64,000 bases of DNA, from contig OY761614.1 in assembly GCA_963664825.1 (NCBI GenBank), positions 672,001 to 736,000 on the forward strand, read 5' to 3'. This DNA is from an uncultured Holophaga sp. (GTDB lineage Bacteria; Acidobacteriota; Holophagae; Holophagales; Holophagaceae). The notes under the pieces were generated by a model, which was given only the letters and a program-made list of their open reading frames with translations, had not been told where the DNA came from and made no database searches. The translations under genes and the position numbers were made by a program. Below are positions 51,998-61,871 of the stretch, in pieces (position 1 is the first letter of the stretch; each line of letters opens with the position of its first letter).

Positions 51998-53110
51998 ATG
52001 AACACTCCGAAACTGATCCTCTACGCTGGCCTCCCCGCGCTCATCCTCGTGGGCGCGGTGGGAATGCACCGCTATAAGCGCAACCAGGAGCTCAATAAAC
52101 AGCGGGCCCAGAAGACCGAGGGACTGGTCCCTGTGACACTGGCCACCGTGGAGAGCCGATCCTTCAGGGGTTCCATCCCCTTCACCGGCACGCTCCTGGC
52201 GGTCAACCGGGCCGAACTGAAGGCCGAGGTCTCGGGCCGGGTCACCCGGGTGGGCGTCCAGGAGGGGGACCGGGTGAAGGCTGGCGCCCTCCTGAGCGCC
52301 CAGGACGAGGACGAGCTGCTGCTCTCCGTCCAGGCCGCCGAGGCCCAATTGGCCCAGGCCCAGGCCCAGGCCCAGCAGGCCCGGCGCGACAATGACCGGG
52401 CCCAGAGCCTGCTGGAAAAGCGCAGCGTCACCCGCCAATCCGCTCAGCAGGCCGAAACCGCCTTCAACGCCACCATGGCCGTGGCCCGGGCCGCCGAGAG
52501 CAACCTGGGCCTGGCCAAGAGTCGCCTCAACAAATCCCGCATCAGATCGCCCTTCGCGGGGGAAGTGGCCCAGCGCCTCGTCCAGCCCGGAGAAGTGCTC
52601 TCCCCCGGCCAGACGGCCTTCACAGTGGTGGATAACCGCCGCCTTGAGATCCAGGCCGATCTGCCGGCGGAAGTGGTGGCCAGCATCAAGGTCGGCATGA
52701 AGGCCGCCTTCCGCGTGACAGGCTTCGACCAGCCCTTCGAGGCCACCCTCACCCAGATCAGCGGATCCGTGCAACAGGATGGCCGTACCCTGCGCGTACG
52801 ACTGGAAGTGCCCAATTCGGATGGACGCCTCAAGAGCGGTCTCTTCGCCGGGGGCGAGATCCTCTCCGAGGGCCAGATCACACGCACCGCCCTGCCGACT
52901 TCCGTGCTCACGGCCGTGGGGCGGGATGCGGAAGTCTACGTGGTGGTCAATAATGTCGCCCGTCGCCAGCGGATCCTGCTCTCCGGGCAGGAACAGGGCG
53001 GATGGCGCCCGGTGGAAGGGCTCAGTGCGGGCGCCCAGGTGGTGGCCCTGGGCCGGGACCTGGTGACCGACGGCACGCGCGTCCAAGCCGCTTCCAGTAA
53101 GGGGAACTGA
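51998..53110 (+). CDS. RND efflux membrane-fusion protein
   Basis: N-terminal TM, AEVSGRV..EGDRV lipoyl half, coiled coil, IRSPFAG. Confidence 0.92.
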   Translation: MNTPKLILYAGLPALILVGAVGMHRYKRNQELNKQRAQKTEGLVPVTLATVESRSFRGSIPFTGTLLAVNRAELKAEVSGRVTRVGVQEGDRVKAGALLSAQDEDELLLSVQAAEAQLAQAQAQAQQARRDNDRAQSLLEKRSVTRQSAQQAETAFNATMAVARAAESNLGLAKSRLNKSRIRSPFAGEVAQRLVQPGEVLSPGQTAFTVVDNRRLEIQADLPAEVVASIKVGMKAAFRVTGFDQPFEATLTQISGSVQQDGRTLRVRLEVPNSDGRLKSGLFAGGEILSEGQITRTALPTSVLTAVGRDAEVYVVVNNVARRQRILLSGQEQGGWRPVEGLSAGAQVVALGRDLVTDGTRVQAASSKGN

Positions 53111-53112
53111 GC

Positions 53113-56100
53113 ATGTTCCTTTCCGACCTCTCCATCAAGCGACCCGTCCTCACGACCTGCGTGATGCTGGCCCTGGTGATCCTGGGCCTCTTCTCCGTGC
53201 GGACCCTGGGCCTGGATCTCTTCCCCAATATCGATATCCCCGTGGTGACCGTGAGCGTCGCCTATCCCGGCGCCAGCCCCGATGCCGTGGAACAGGATGT
53301 CATCAAGAAGATCGAGGAGGCCGTCAACCCTCTCGAGAAGGTCGACGAGATCAGCTCCACCAGCCAGGAGGGTTTCGGCACGGTGATGATCCAGTTCGCC
53401 ATCGAACGGGATATCGATAAGGCCGTCGACGATGTCCGCTCCAAGATCAGCCAGATCCGCCGAGACCTCCCGGACACAATCAAGGAGCCGGTCATCCAGA
53501 AATTCGACCCGGCCCAGCTGCCTGTGCTCTCCCTGGTGGTGAAGCCGGATGGAACCCACAAGGACATGGGCCCGCGGGAGCTCACACGCATCGCCGACGA
53601 GTTCCTCAAGCGGCGCCTGGAGAACATCCCCGGCGTGGGCAAGGCTGAGGTGGTGGGCGGTTCCACCCGCAATATCCTGGTGCAGGTGGAACCCCAGAAG
53701 CTGGAAGCCCTCGGGCTCAATCTCCAGCAGGTGATGAGCGCCCTGGGCCAGGACACTCAGTCCATCCCCTCGGGCAATCTGCTCACCGACACCCGGGAGA
53801 TCAGCGTGCGGGTGGACGCCAAGGCCCGGCGCGTGGAGGATTTCAACCACGTGGTGGTGGGCAACCTGAAGGGCCGCCCCATCGAGCTGCAGGAAGTAGC
53901 TCGCATCCTGGACGGCATCAAGGAGAAGCGGAGCCTGGCCCGGCTGGATGGTTCGGACGCCGTGGCCCTGGAGATCCAGAAGCAGTCCGGCGGCAACACC
54001 GTGGCCATGGTCAAGTCCGTGGGCAATAAGCTCGAAGAACTCCGGCCGGAGCTCACCAAGCTGGGGGTCACGACCGTCAAGGCCAAGGACAACTCCAAGT
54101 TCATCGAAGACGCCGTGGAGGACGTGACCATCTCCATCATCCTGGGCGGCCTGCTGGCGGTGCTGGTGGTCTTCTACTTCCTGAAGAGCTGGCGCTCCAC
54201 CATCATCACCAGCCTCACGCTGCCGGTTTCCGTCATCGGCTCCTTCGTGATCATGAAGGCCCTGGGCTTCACCCTCAACACCATGACCCTGATGGCGCTC
54301 TCACTGGCCATCGGCATCCTCATCGACGACGCCATCGTGGTGCGGGAGAACATCACCCGTCATTCCGAGATGGGCAAGGATCACATCACGGCCGCCCGGG
54401 AGGGCACGGCCGAGATCGGCCCGGCGGTCATCGCCACCACCCTCTCCATCCTGGCGGTGTTCATTCCCGTGGCCTTCATGGGCGGCATCGTGGGGCGCTT
54501 CTTCTTCTCCTTCGGCATCGTGGTGGCCTTCGCGGTCACCATCTCGCTATTCGTGAGCTTCACCCTGGATCCCATGCTCAGCGCCGTCTGGCCCGATCCC
54601 GAGCACGAGAAGGGCTACCAGGAATCCCATCACGGCCACCGGCACTTCATCATGAAGACCGTGGACTGGTTCAACGACCGGGTCGACGGTTGGGAGAAGT
54701 CCTACCGCGTGGGCATCGAATGGGCCCTGGATCACCGCTGGACCGTGATCCTGAGCGGCTTTGGCAGCTGCGTCCTGGCCTTGATGCTCATGGGGCTGCT
54801 GGGGGGTGATTTCCAGCCCGATTACGACCGGGGCGATCTCCAGGTGGGCTTCAAGGTGCAGGCCGATTCCAGCCTGGAGGCCACCAAGCGCAAGGCCGAG
54901 GAGATCGAGCGCATCATCCGAACCCATCCCGATGGCACGCCCAACCCCGAGGTGGAACACCTCTACACCACCATCGGCACGGGCCTCACGGGCACCATCC
55001 GGGATGGCCAGGTCTACGTGAAATTCACCGACAAGAGCCGCCGAGGCATCGTGGCCATCCGCCGGGAACTGCGGGACCGCCTCCAGAAGGTGGCCGGCGC
55101 CGAGATCGATATCAGCGCCGTCTCGGACATGGGGGATGCCAAGGCCGTGACCCTCGCGCTGGTGAGCCCGGATCGCCGGGCCGTGGAACAGGCCGAGCCC
55201 CTGGTCATGGAGGCCGTCCGCAAGACCGACGGCGCCGTGGATATCACCAGCAGCCGGGACAAGGGCAAGCCCGAACTGCGCCTGGCCGTGGACCGCAAGC
55301 AGGCCTCCGACCTGGGCGTCTCCCCCATGGCCGTGGCCAACCTCCTGCGCCCCCTGGTGGATGGACTGGACGTGGCCAAGTACGAGGACCCCGCCAACGG
55401 TGAGCAGTACGATGTCAACGTGCGCCTCTCGGACCTCAATCGTTCCCGAGGCGATCAGCTGGAATCCATGACCGTGGGCTCCACCAAGAAGGACAAGGTC
55501 GGCAACAATCTGCAGATCAAGCTCAGCAACGTGGCCCGCTTCGAGAACACCACCTCGCCGGCCAAGCTGGAGCGCCGGGGCCTTCAGCCCCAGGTCCTCA
55601 TCTCCGCCAACAAGGAGGGCAAGACGCTCAATGAGGTAGTCGCCGACATGAACCAGAAGGTCGATCAGCTTCACAAGAGCGGAGCTCTCCCCGAGGGCGT
55701 GAAGTTCGCCCCCACGGGCAACGCCAAGCACAACAAGGAGACCGCGGGATACATGGGCACCGCCATGCTGCTGGCTGTCTGCTTCATCTACTTCGTGCTG
55801 GCCAGCCAGTTCGAGAGCTTCAAACTGCCCATCACCATCATGCTCACCCTGCCCCTCTCCATGGTGGGCATGGTGCTCATGCTCCTGGTGACGGGGGACT
55901 CCATGAGCATGATGACCAGCATCGGCCTGATCCTTCTCATGGGCCTGGTGACCAAGAACGCCATCCTGCTGGTGGACCGGGCGCTCCAGAACATGCGGGA
56001 ACACGCCATGCCCCGGAAGGAGGCCCTCATCGAGGCCGGCATGACCCGCCTGCGCCCCATCCTCATGACGACGCTGGCCATGATCGGCGGCATGTTGCCC

Positions 56101-56283
56101 CTCTTCCTGGCCCTGGGTTCCGGCGCCCAGATGCGCGCCCCCATGGCCCGCGCCGTAGTGGGGGGCATCATCACCTCCACCCTCCTGACCCTCATCGTGA
56201 TCCCGGTCTTCTTCGATATCCTGGATGATTTCACCTGGAAGAAGGCCTGGCAGTGGGTGAAAACCCGGATTCGAAGGTCGTAG
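53113..56283 (+). CDS. RND efflux transporter permease (AcrB/HAE1 type)
   Basis: [39 protein letters not shown]; 1056 aa. Confidence 0.95.
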   Translation: MFLSDLSIKRPVLTTCVMLALVILGLFSVRTLGLDLFPNIDIPVVTVSVAYPGASPDAVEQDVIKKIEEAVNPLEKVDEISSTSQEGFGTVMIQFAIERDIDKAVDDVRSKISQIRRDLPDTIKEPVIQKFDPAQLPVLSLVVKPDGTHKDMGPRELTRIADEFLKRRLENIPGVGKAEVVGGSTRNILVQVEPQKLEALGLNLQQVMSALGQDTQSIPSGNLLTDTREISVRVDAKARRVEDFNHVVVGNLKGRPIELQEVARILDGIKEKRSLARLDGSDAVALEIQKQSGGNTVAMVKSVGNKLEELRPELTKLGVTTVKAKDNSKFIEDAVEDVTISIILGGLLAVLVVFYFLKSWRSTIITSLTLPVSVIGSFVIMKALGFTLNTMTLMALSLAIGILIDDAIVVRENITRHSEMGKDHITAAREGTAEIGPAVIATTLSILAVFIPVAFMGGIVGRFFFSFGIVVAFAVTISLFVSFTLDPMLSAVWPDPEHEKGYQESHHGHRHFIMKTVDWFNDRVDGWEKSYRVGIEWALDHRWTVILSGFGSCVLALMLMGLLGGDFQPDYDRGDLQVGFKVQADSSLEATKRKAEEIERIIRTHPDGTPNPEVEHLYTTIGTGLTGTIRDGQVYVKFTDKSRRGIVAIRRELRDRLQKVAGAEIDISAVSDMGDAKAVTLALVSPDRRAVEQAEPLVMEAVRKTDGAVDITSSRDKGKPELRLAVDRKQASDLGVSPMAVANLLRPLVDGLDVAKYEDPANGEQYDVNVRLSDLNRSRGDQLESMTVGSTKKDKVGNNLQIKLSNVARFENTTSPAKLERRGLQPQVLISANKEGKTLNEVVADMNQKVDQLHKSGALPEGVKFAPTGNAKHNKETAGYMGTAMLLAVCFIYFVLASQFESFKLPITIMLTLPLSMVGMVLMLLVTGDSMSMMTSIGLILLMGLVTKNAILLVDRALQNMREHAMPRKEALIEAGMTRLRPILMTTLAMIGGMLPLFLALGSGAQMRAPMARAVVGGIITSTLLTLIVIPVFFDILDDFTWKKAWQWVKTRIRRS

Positions 56284-56287
56284 ACAG

Positions 56288-57007
56288 ATGACAGAGCCCC
56301 TTGAATCCGCCGCCACCTTCCACCGCATCGTCGAGGAGCGCCGCACCATCCGCGCCTTCCGGCCCGATCCCGTGCCCCAGGAGGTGCTGGACCGCTGCCT
56401 GGATAGCGCCCTGCGCGCCGCCAGCTCCAGCAATCTCCAACCCTGGGAATTCGTGATCATCCGGGATCCCAAAGTGCGCCAGGCGGCCAACGCCATCTGC
56501 TTCCACCAGCGGGGCCCCGAGACCGCCCCCCTGCTCATCGCCATCATCACCCACCGGGAGACTTGGCAGCGCCACTGCCGCTACATCCTGGACACCTTGA
56601 AGGAGCGCGGCATCCTGCGCAAGAGTCAGCAGCAGTATTGGGGTCGCCTCATGCCGCTGATCTACACCCAGGGGCCCTTCGGCATCCTGGGTCTCTTCAA
56701 GAAGGCCGCCAGCAGAGTGATCTCGATCTTCCGCCCCATGCATAACATGCAGAGCCGGGCCGATCTCCGGGTGATGACCCACAAGTCCACGGCCCTGGGA
56801 GCGGCCACCTTCATGCTGGCCCTCAAGGCCGAAGGCTACGATTCCTGCCCCATGGAGGGCTTCGACCCCTGGCGGGCCAAGAAGCTACTGAAGCTCCCGC
56901 GGGGCGCCGAGGTGTGCATGTTCCTGGCCGTGGGCAAGCGCTCCGAGACCGGGATCTGGTGGGAGCGCATCCTCGTGCCCCGGGAATGGACCGTGCGAGA
57001 GATCTGA
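56288..57007 (+). CDS. Nitroreductase family protein
   Basis: RRTIRAF, ASSSNLQPWEF, DSCPMEGFD. Confidence 0.9.
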   Translation: MTEPLESAATFHRIVEERRTIRAFRPDPVPQEVLDRCLDSALRAASSSNLQPWEFVIIRDPKVRQAANAICFHQRGPETAPLLIAIITHRETWQRHCRYILDTLKERGILRKSQQQYWGRLMPLIYTQGPFGILGLFKKAASRVISIFRPMHNMQSRADLRVMTHKSTALGAATFMLALKAEGYDSCPMEGFDPWRAKKLLKLPRGAEVCMFLAVGKRSETGIWWERILVPREWTVREI

Positions 57008-57016
57008 TCCCACGCG

Positions 57017-57392
57017 TTCAACACCGGGGGAAAAGGAGAACCACGGAGAACTCTGATGAACGCCGATGGAAATCAGAGGGCTGGCCACGCTCCCGTGCGA
57101 CCGCCTCTGGCTTCCTATCTGCGTTTATCTGCGTGCATCAGAGTGAATCCTTGTTTTCTGTTCTTCATGGATCCGAGTGGAGAGCGGCTTCCCCCCAAGG
57201 CCTGCAGTTGGGCGCGGTCGGGCGCATGCGGAAATACCTGAAGCACAGGGATGCAAGGGATCCTGACCTCGGTCGGGGGAAATCTCCTTCGGAAAGGAGT
57301 GTCACCCCAGCGGGCCCAATGGCCTGCCCCCAGCAGAAACGGATCCTCCATTTTCCTCCCTGCTTTTCTCCGTGCCCTCCGCGTGGTGGGAC
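57017..57392. repeat. Nested REP-like inverted repeats
   Basis: ACTCTGATGAACGCCGAT (57050-57067) versus ATCTGCGTGCATCAGAGT (57127-57144), 16/18 complementary. Outer CACGGAGAA pairs with TTCTCCGTG (57366-57374). Confidence 0.6.
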
Positions 57393-57627
57393 TTTCCTTA
57401 CGGCACAGCCCCGTTGGGCCTGGAAGGAGAAGGCGAGCTTAGTCCCAATACGGTTCACTTAAGGCTTTGAATGGAGATGGCGGGGGTGCAGCGGGCGTTG
57501 CACTTGATGGTTCTGTCGCGGACGTTCCAATTGCTCATTTTACGCTTGACCCCCCGGGGATTGGTGCGATTTCGACTGGAGCTGGCCGGTTCCTTCACGA
57601 GCTCTTGCAGAATGGCGTTGTGGGCGA

Positions 57628-58851
57628 TCAGGCGTTGGGTTGGGGGGAGAGAGCCGCGAAGTGCGGCAGGGTGCGGCGGATGACCCTCACGGCATGGATG
57701 AACGATAGTCGATCCGGGTCGATCTCGGCCTGGAGTGCGGCTTCATGCATGAGGCCCCGAATGGCGAAATGGGCCATCATCAGGCCGTAGAACTCCTGGC
57801 GGATGAGATCGGGGGTCTTGCTGCGCAACAGCATCTGGCGGCCTCGGAGGTGGGTCTTCAGCTCGTCGAAGGCGGACTCGATCTCCCAGCGTTCGGGATA
57901 GAGCGCGGCCAACTCGACGGCCGGGGCGATCTTGGGATCCAGGAGGGTGGTGATGAGACGGTAGGTGGTTTCGCCCTCGGAATCGGGGGGCATTGGAATG
58001 CCCTGGAGTGTGTAGGCGATGACTCGCACCCGAACGCCTTTTGAGGGGTGTCGATATTCACGGGTGGGATACAGGGTGGAGAGGTAGGAGCCGTCTTCGA
58101 GTTCCTCTTCCCTGGGCAGGCCGAGCTTGGCATTGACCCTCCAGAGGAGGTCAGCACCGGTGGCCCTGGCTTTGTTCCAAAACTCGAAGCCGTAGAAACC
58201 GCGATCGGCGAGACAGAGCATCCCTGGGGTCAGGGCCGGGAGGAGTTGGTGGGCGATGGCTTTCTCGCTGGTGTTGAAGCCCTCCATGCGGGAAGCAAAG
58301 AGGACATGGGTACCGCTCTCAACCAGGGAGACGAAGCGCACCTGTGGATAGGCGCTGGTTCCTCGGGCAACGCCGGGGCGGCCGAACTCCGTTTCGATGG
58401 CAGGATCCTCGGGAACATCCAGGGTGCTGCCGTCGATGCTGACAATGCGCCACTGGCGGTACCAGGCCCCGGGGGTGTCCGGGGTGGCGATGGGCTGGAC
58501 AACCTTGTCGTGAAGACGCTGGAGAGGTTCCCAGCCGAGACGGGACCTAGCCTGAGAGATGGCGGACTTCCCGGCGATATGCAGGTCGTCGGGGGTGCCT
58601 TGCAGCCACCGGAGCCCCTCCATGAGGCAGCGCAGGACCTCTCGGCAGGAGGCCTGGGTAAAGAGGGCCAGAGCAATGACGTAGTAGATCACCACATGCG
58701 CCGGCAGATCTCGGTGGCGTTGACTCGCCCGCCCAGTCTCCTTGAGCACCGCTTCCACCTGGTGCGTGGGGAAGAGCCGGGCCACCACCCCGAGGGTGAT
58801 GAAGTCCGAGATTCGCGTTCCACCCTCGAGCGTAGCTGGTGTCCTGGCCAT
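57628..58851 (-). CDS. IS4-family DDE transposase (C-terminus continues in -1 frame to 57455)
   Basis: IDGST, ADRGF and YPERWEIESAFDELK (YREK) motifs. Confidence 0.93.
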   Translation of the reverse strand: MARTPATLEGGTRISDFITLGVVARLFPTHQVEAVLKETGRASQRHRDLPAHVVIYYVIALALFTQASCREVLRCLMEGLRWLQGTPDDLHIAGKSAISQARSRLGWEPLQRLHDKVVQPIATPDTPGAWYRQWRIVSIDGSTLDVPEDPAIETEFGRPGVARGTSAYPQVRFVSLVESGTHVLFASRMEGFNTSEKAIAHQLLPALTPGMLCLADRGFYGFEFWNKARATGADLLWRVNAKLGLPREEELEDGSYLSTLYPTREYRHPSKGVRVRVIAYTLQGIPMPPDSEGETTYRLITTLLDPKIAPAVELAALYPERWEIESAFDELKTHLRGRQMLLRSKTPDLIRQEFYGLMMAHFAIRGLMHEAALQAEIDPDRLSFIHAVRVIRRTLPHFAALSPQPNA

Positions 58852-58867
58852 TGTGAGCCCTACACCG

Positions 58868-58895
58868 AATCTAGGCAGTCACACAGGCCTGTCAA
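58868..58895 (-). promoter_or_regulatory. Putative transposase promoter
   Basis: Minus-strand TTGACA-16 nt-TAGATT just inside the IR. Confidence 0.55.
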
Positions 58896-58985
58896 GGCTT
58901 AAGTGAACGGTATTAAGCTTAGTCCCCTCTGCCGCCTCCGGTGTCGGCTACCGTTAGAGGCACCTTCTCATCGGGAGCCCTGACG

Positions 58986-60119
58986 ATGCCCTTCTCCCCT
59001 CTAGCCCTCGGCCCCGAGCTGGAACGCGCCTTCGCGGCGCTGGGCTACACCCGGCCCTTCCCCGTGCAGGAGCAGGCGATTCCCGCTGTACTGGCGGGCC
59101 AGGATCTGGTGGTGCAAGCCCAGACAGGCTCGGGGAAAACCATCGCCTTCCTGGCGCCCCTCCTCCACATGCTGGTGCAAGGCCATTCGGAGCCGACTCC
59201 AGGCAACCCGCCCCGTGTCCTGGTGCTGGTGCCCACCCGGGAGCTGGCCATGCAGGTGGGAGACAGGGCGAAGGAACTGGCGAGGCACCTGGCTGTCCCC
59301 CTGAAGATCCGCACGGCCTTCGGGGGCGTCTCCATCAACCCCCAGATGATGGCCCTGCGGGGGGGCGCGGACCTGGTCATCGCCACACCGGGACGCCTGC
59401 TGGACCTGGTGCGCCAGAATGCCCTGAGCCTGGGGAGGCTCCGTCATCTGGTGATCGATGAGGCCGATAAGCTGCTGGAACTGGGCTTCAGCGACGAAAT
59501 GGAAGAGGTCCGGCGGCTGTTGCCCTTCCAGCGCCAGACGCTCCTGTTCTCCGCCACCATGAACACGGCCGTCCAGGAGCTCGTCCAGTCCTTCCTGAAC
59601 GATCCCCAAACCCTCCAGGTAGAGGCCGGACCGGAACTGGCCCTCTCCATCGAGGAAAAGGCCTACCTCCTCCCCCAGGAGACCAAGGGCCCCTTCCTGC
59701 GGGAACTGCTGGCCCGGGAGACCTGGCCACAGGTGCTGGTCTTCGTGGCCTCCGGCAGGCGGGCCGATAACGTGGTCCGCAAGCTGGCCAATAACGGCAT
59801 GAGGGCTCTTTCGCTGCACGGCGACAAGAGCATGAGCGCCCGCATGGACGCCCTGGACCAATTCCGGAACGGCAGCCTCCGGGTGCTGGTGGCCACCGAT
59901 CTCATCTCCCGGGGCATCGATGTGAGCGGCCTTGCCTGCGTCATCAACTATGATCTGCCCCGGTCTCCCCGGGACTATGTCCACCGCATCGGCCGCACTG
60001 GAAGGGCGGGCCTGAGCGGGATCGCCATCAGCCTCGTGGGGCCAGACGAAGAAGCCCACCTGGGGCTCATCGAGAAGAAGGTCGGCCGGAGGTTCGTGAA
60101 GGAAACGGTCCAGCCCTAG
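58986..60119 (+). CDS. DEAD-box RNA helicase (RhlE-like, core only)
   Basis: Q motif, AQTGSGKT, PTRELA, TPGRL, DEAD, SAT, HRIGRTGRAG. Confidence 0.95.
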   Translation: MPFSPLALGPELERAFAALGYTRPFPVQEQAIPAVLAGQDLVVQAQTGSGKTIAFLAPLLHMLVQGHSEPTPGNPPRVLVLVPTRELAMQVGDRAKELARHLAVPLKIRTAFGGVSINPQMMALRGGADLVIATPGRLLDLVRQNALSLGRLRHLVIDEADKLLELGFSDEMEEVRRLLPFQRQTLLFSATMNTAVQELVQSFLNDPQTLQVEAGPELALSIEEKAYLLPQETKGPFLRELLARETWPQVLVFVASGRRADNVVRKLANNGMRALSLHGDKSMSARMDALDQFRNGSLRVLVATDLISRGIDVSGLACVINYDLPRSPRDYVHRIGRTGRAGLSGIAISLVGPDEEAHLGLIEKKVGRRFVKETVQP

Positions 60120-60160
60120 GCCGGAGGCACGCAGGGCAAGGAGATGAACGCGAAACCGTA

Positions 60161-61843
60161 TCAGCCCTCCCGGATGGCCTGAAGGAAGGCCGCTCCGTAG
60201 AGTTCCAGCTTCTTCATGCCCACGCCGCTGAGGGCCAGGAAGTGGTCTTCGGTCTCGGGACGGAAGCGGGCCATGTGCTGCAAGGTGGCGTCGGTGAAGA
60301 CCACGTAGGCCGGGACGCCCCGGGCATCGGCCAGCTGCTTGCGCAGGGTCTTGAGGCGCAGATAGAGGGCCTCTTCCTCATCCTGGGCCACGGGCTCCGG
60401 GGCCGTGAAGGGGTGGGCCGATTTCAGGCGGGTCTGCCTGGAGGCCTTCGGCGCTTCCACCAGCAGGTCCCTGCCCGTGCACACATCGCAGCTGGAGCCG
60501 CAGGGGGCAAGCTCCTCGCCGAAGTGCCTGGCCAGGGCCTGGTGGCGGCACTGGTTGGATTCGGCGAAACGGAACATCTCCCGCACCTGCCGCTTCTGGA
60601 TCTCCGCCTGCTCGGCCTCCACGCCATCGGAAAAGCGTTCCAGGCTCATCACATCGGCCCAGGAGTAGAAGAGCACGCAGTCGGCGTCGGCCCCATCGCG
60701 GCCAGCACGGCCGATCTCCTGGGAGAAGCCCTCCAGGCTCTTGGGCATATCCCGGTGGATCACGAAACGGACATTGCTCTTATCGATGCCCATGCCGAAG
60801 GCGATGGTGGCCACCACCACATCCACATCGTCCCGGCGGAAGGCCTCCTGGGCCTCCTCCCGGGCCGCGGCGTTCATGCCCGCGTGGTAGGCCGCGGCCC
60901 GCACCCCGTGGGACTGGAGGTATTCGGCCGTGGAGTCCACACTCTTGCGGCTGAGGCAGTAGACGATGCCCGTCTGGCCCCGGCGGGCCAGCACCAGGCG
61001 CAGGATGGCGTCCCTCACGGTGGGGCCGTCGCCCCCCTTCTTGAGGGCGTGGATCTTCAGATTGGGCCGGAAGAAGGAGCCCCGATAGGCGAAGGGGTCC
61101 TTCATGCCCAGCTGTTCCATGATATCGGCCGCCACGGCCTCCGTGGCGGTGGCGGTGAGGGCCAACACGGGCAGGCCACCGAAACGTGCCTTCAGGCCTG
61201 CCAGGTTGCGGTAGCTGGGCCTGAAATCGTGGCCCCAGTGGCTGATGCAATGGGCTTCGTCCACGGCGATGAAGCGCAGATCCAGGCGCTCCAGCAGGGG
61301 GCCGATGCTCTGTTCGATGCCCTCGGGAGCCGCATACACCAGCTCGAAATCGCCCCGATGCAGGCCCCGGATGCGCTCCGCGCGCTGCTCGGAACTGAGG
61401 CTGGAGTTGAGACAAGTGGCCCGCAGACCTCCCTCGGTGAGGGCGTCCACCTGGTCCTTCATCAGCGCGATGAGGGGCGAGATCACCAGGGTCGTGCCGC
61501 CCATGACCCTCGCCGGGAGCTGGTAGAGCAGGCTCTTGCCGGCCCCGGTGGGCATCACGGCCAGGGCGTCGCGCCCGGCGAAGACCGCCCGGATCACATC
61601 CTCCTGGCCCGGCCGGAAGCTCGAATAGCCGAAGACCTCCTTGAGCTGGGTGCGCAGCTTCACGGACTCCCCCAGGGCCTTCAGCTCCGCCAGCACCGAG
61701 GGCCGGAAGGCCTTGGAATGGCTCCGGTAGGTCCCCCTCAGACCCTCCAAAATCCGCTGGGCCCCTGCGAAATCCCCGCCTGCCGCAGTGGCCCGGAGCG
61801 CGTGGAGTTCGGTTTCAAGGGTCTCCGGAGAAGGATCAGCCAT
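60161..61843 (-). CDS. recQ: RecQ-family DNA helicase with HRDC domain
   Basis: MPTGAGKS, VDEAHCISHWGHDFRP, GRAGRDG, Zn-binding CR..C..CD.C, HRDC VPAYVVFTDATL. Confidence 0.93.
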   Translation of the reverse strand: MADPSPETLETELHALRATAAGGDFAGAQRILEGLRGTYRSHSKAFRPSVLAELKALGESVKLRTQLKEVFGYSSFRPGQEDVIRAVFAGRDALAVMPTGAGKSLLYQLPARVMGGTTLVISPLIALMKDQVDALTEGGLRATCLNSSLSSEQRAERIRGLHRGDFELVYAAPEGIEQSIGPLLERLDLRFIAVDEAHCISHWGHDFRPSYRNLAGLKARFGGLPVLALTATATEAVAADIMEQLGMKDPFAYRGSFFRPNLKIHALKKGGDGPTVRDAILRLVLARRGQTGIVYCLSRKSVDSTAEYLQSHGVRAAAYHAGMNAAAREEAQEAFRRDDVDVVVATIAFGMGIDKSNVRFVIHRDMPKSLEGFSQEIGRAGRDGADADCVLFYSWADVMSLERFSDGVEAEQAEIQKRQVREMFRFAESNQCRHQALARHFGEELAPCGSSCDVCTGRDLLVEAPKASRQTRLKSAHPFTAPEPVAQDEEEALYLRLKTLRKQLADARGVPAYVVFTDATLQHMARFRPETEDHFLALSGVGMKKLELYGAAFLQAIREG

Positions 61844-61871
61844 GGATTGATTGTGACATCGGAAGGGGCCC

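Larger units (their letters stand above)
57446..58915 (-). mobile_element. Complete IS4-family insertion sequence (1470 bp)
   Basis: 18-bp terminal IRs CAATACGGTTCACTTAAG / TAATACCGTTCACTTAAG (16/18), a 10-bp direct target repeat AGCTTAGTCC at 57436-57445 and 58916-58925, and an IS4 transposase inside. Confidence 0.95.

Noticed and set aside
57150..57435. Possible riboswitch or small ORF before the IS
   Set aside because: No consensus that I recognise, and the short ORFs lack homology cues or an RBS.
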